IMG/VR virus record: IMGVR_UViG_3300037042_007110
Coordinates: 1 to 64,000 of that record
Reading direction: 5' to 3' (one strand)
Length of the DNA: 64,000 bases
From: an uncultured virus (IMG/VR IMGVR_UViG_3300037042_007110)
Taxonomy: Duplodnaviria; Heunggongvirae; Uroviricota; Caudoviricetes
The translations under genes were made by a program, and so were the position numbers. Of the stretch, positions 62,361 through 64,000 are shown one piece after another; the stretch's first letter is position 1, and each line of letters opens with the position of its first letter. A model generated the notes under the pieces. The model was not told the origin of the DNA. It did not search any database and saw only the letters and a program-made list of their open reading frames with translations.

Positions 62361-62665
62361 TGGACTACGCGGCGGAGAAGGTCGCCTTCGTGGACGCGCT
62401 CGGCCACTGGGAAGGCGGCTGCCCAGCGAAGGACGCCAGGGTCATCGTCCGTCAGCGCGTTCGCGGCGAGTACGAGGTGACCAGGCGGGTCGCTCCAGGC
62501 AGTTCGCTGGCGACACGGCTCGGGTGGTTGTTGGAGGGGCCGCACCACTGGGAGGTTCGACCGGCCCAGGGGTTGTCACCGTGGACTGCCCGGATGACGG
62601 TGTCCCGCGATTCGGGCATCGCGCTGCTCATGTCGCTGTACGCGGAGCGGGGCCGGCCGTGCTGA
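62360..62665 (+). CDS. Hypothetical protein
   Basis: TGATG coupling. Confidence 0.5.
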   Translation: MDYAAEKVAFVDALGHWEGGCPAKDARVIVRQRVRGEYEVTRRVAPGSSLATRLGWLLEGPHHWEVRPAQGLSPWTARMTVSRDSGIALLMSLYAERGRPC

Positions 62666-62862
62666 CCTCCAAGGAAGGGGTCGGGTCCGGCCTCCACTAC
62701 GAGTCGCGGCTCATCGTCCGGCCGGACGCCGCGGACGGGCTGATGTTCGAGGTCGTGCTGCCGGAGGGAGCAGCGTGCCTCGTGCTCCACGAAGACCACG
62801 TCCGCGAGCTGTACGGCGCCATCGGGCGTTGGCTGGAGGGGCGGCGGAGGTTGCATGGGTAG
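62659..62862 (+). CDS. Hypothetical protein
   Basis: GGAG RBS, GTG start overlapping upstream gene. Confidence 0.5.
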   Translation: MLTSKEGVGSGLHYESRLIVRPDAADGLMFEVVLPEGAACLVLHEDHVRELYGAIGRWLEGRRRLHG

Positions 62863-63631
62863 GGCGCTCGACGCTGCGGCCGAGGCCGTCTTCTTCGGAC
62901 AACGGCTGTCCGACGTGGACGCCATGGTGAAGCGGTCGTCGGACCGCTGGTCCGAGGCGGCCGGAGTGCGACTGCTTGTGGATGGGCGCCGGGCGGCTTG
63001 TCCGGGCTGCGGGCTTGGGCACTGCTGCTACCAGCCAGTCCTGACGACGTTCGTCGAGGCGCTGGCCGTCGCTCGCGCCTTGACCGCGGCCGGTCGGGCG
63101 ACGCGTTCCTTTCGCCGCGCACTGCGCCGAGCTGGCGAGAAGCAGGAGCGTACGCTGCTCGTCGGTCGGGAGAGCGAGCGCATGAGCCGGTGCCCGTTGC
63201 TCGACCGACAGAACCGCTGCACCGTGTACGCCGTCAGGCCGACCAGCTGCAGGACGTACATCGTCTTCGATGGGCGGGACGCCTGCCGTCCCTACGCGGA
63301 GCGCGAAGACGGGGAGCGGCCGATGGTCGCCGTGGTCGACAACGGGGCTCCGGTGGCGACCTCGATCCAGGTGGCGATGACCGCCGCCGCGGGGCTCGGG
63401 TGGCCGCGCGACATCTACGTCCGCGGGCTCCCACTTCAGGTTGCCGCGTGGCTGGATGCCGACGTTGGCCCGGCGGACGACTTCTGGGAGACGATCCGTC
63501 GTCAGTCTGCCATCGACCACGTCAGCCTGGCCAAGATCGCAGCGAACCAAGCGGGCTCCGTGATCGGGTTCGATTCGCGTGGCATCTTGGACATCATCCG
63601 ACAGTTCGCCGAGAGCGTGGAGGCACCATGA
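62855..63631 (+). CDS. YkgJ-family cysteine cluster (CxxCxxCC-type) protein
   Basis: CPGCGLGHCC and CPLL....CTVYAVRPTSCRTY signature. Confidence 0.88.
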   Translation: MGRALDAAAEAVFFGQRLSDVDAMVKRSSDRWSEAAGVRLLVDGRRAACPGCGLGHCCYQPVLTTFVEALAVARALTAAGRATRSFRRALRRAGEKQERTLLVGRESERMSRCPLLDRQNRCTVYAVRPTSCRTYIVFDGRDACRPYAEREDGERPMVAVVDNGAPVATSIQVAMTAAAGLGWPRDIYVRGLPLQVAAWLDADVGPADDFWETIRRQSAIDHVSLAKIAANQAGSVIGFDSRGILDIIRQFAESVEAP

Positions 63632-64000
63632 ACTTGCTGGAACGTCAGGTCTGGGCAGCCGTCTTCGGAGACAGCTTCAACAGGTACTCGTCGATGGCCG
63701 AGCCCCCACGAGCAGCGGCGCTCGGTGTCGGGCTTGCCGACGAAGCCGTGCTGCTGCTGCGGGAGCGTGCGGACCTGGGGGCGCTGCACAACAGCGAGGA
63801 CTTGGAAGCCGAACGCCAGGCCGAGCTCGACCTGGGCGAAACCGACCAGTCCGACGTCGCCAACCCGGCGCTCGCCGGGCCGCCGCCAGGCGTCGTCGAT
63901 CTCGTGCTCGCAGCCGGCGACCGACACGAGGCTGAGGCGAAGCGGCTCCGCAAGGAAGGCGCTCCGCGTGTCGTGGACATGTTGGCGGAGGAACGCGCGC
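63628..64000 (+). CDS. Hypothetical protein, truncated by window end
   Basis: GGAGG RBS, ATGA overlap, frame open to end of window. Confidence 0.55.
   Translation, partial: MNLLERQVWAAVFGDSFNRYSSMAEPPRAAALGVGLADEAVLLLRERADLGALHNSEDLEAERQAELDLGETDQSDVANPALAGPPPGVVDLVLAAGDRHEAEAKRLRKEGAPRVVDMLAEERA

Overview
The whole window reads as part of one high-GC tailed bacteriophage genome with a contractile (myovirus-type) tail; I see no host housekeeping genes, integrase, tRNA or CRISPR array, and no capsid, portal or large-terminase genes. Layout: 1-22.2 kb tail/baseplate module (sheath, tube, frameshifted chaperone, tape measure, hub, spike, wedge, fibres); 22.2-25.6 kb lysis-like membrane genes; 25.7-33.7 kb a Cys-rich lipoprotein, Holliday junction resolvase, a helical protein + HExxH/VWA protein + MoxR-type AAA+ ATPase trio and a sigma-70-like factor; 33.7-47.3 kb replication/recombination (SF2 helicase, initiator-like HTH protein with 12-bp repeats, DnaB-like helicase, primase, UDG-PolA fusion, UvsY-, gp32-, RecA-, Mre11- and Rad50-like proteins); 47.3-64 kb about 35 mostly small accessory ORFs plus an adenine methyltransferase, a B12/radical SAM gene and a terminase-small-subunit-like HTH gene bracketed by repeat arrays. 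The most striking unexplained signals are (1) a 12-residue motif L-P-x4-A-[EA]-x-R-L-[GS] recurring in at least 14 small accessory proteins, which I hypothesise is a docking tag for a common partner, possibly the AAA+/VWA-peptidase; and (2) a DNA motif GCNCAATRA(C/T) at 15 gene junctions that behaves like a phage-specific promoter. All family assignments are by motif recognition, not database search.
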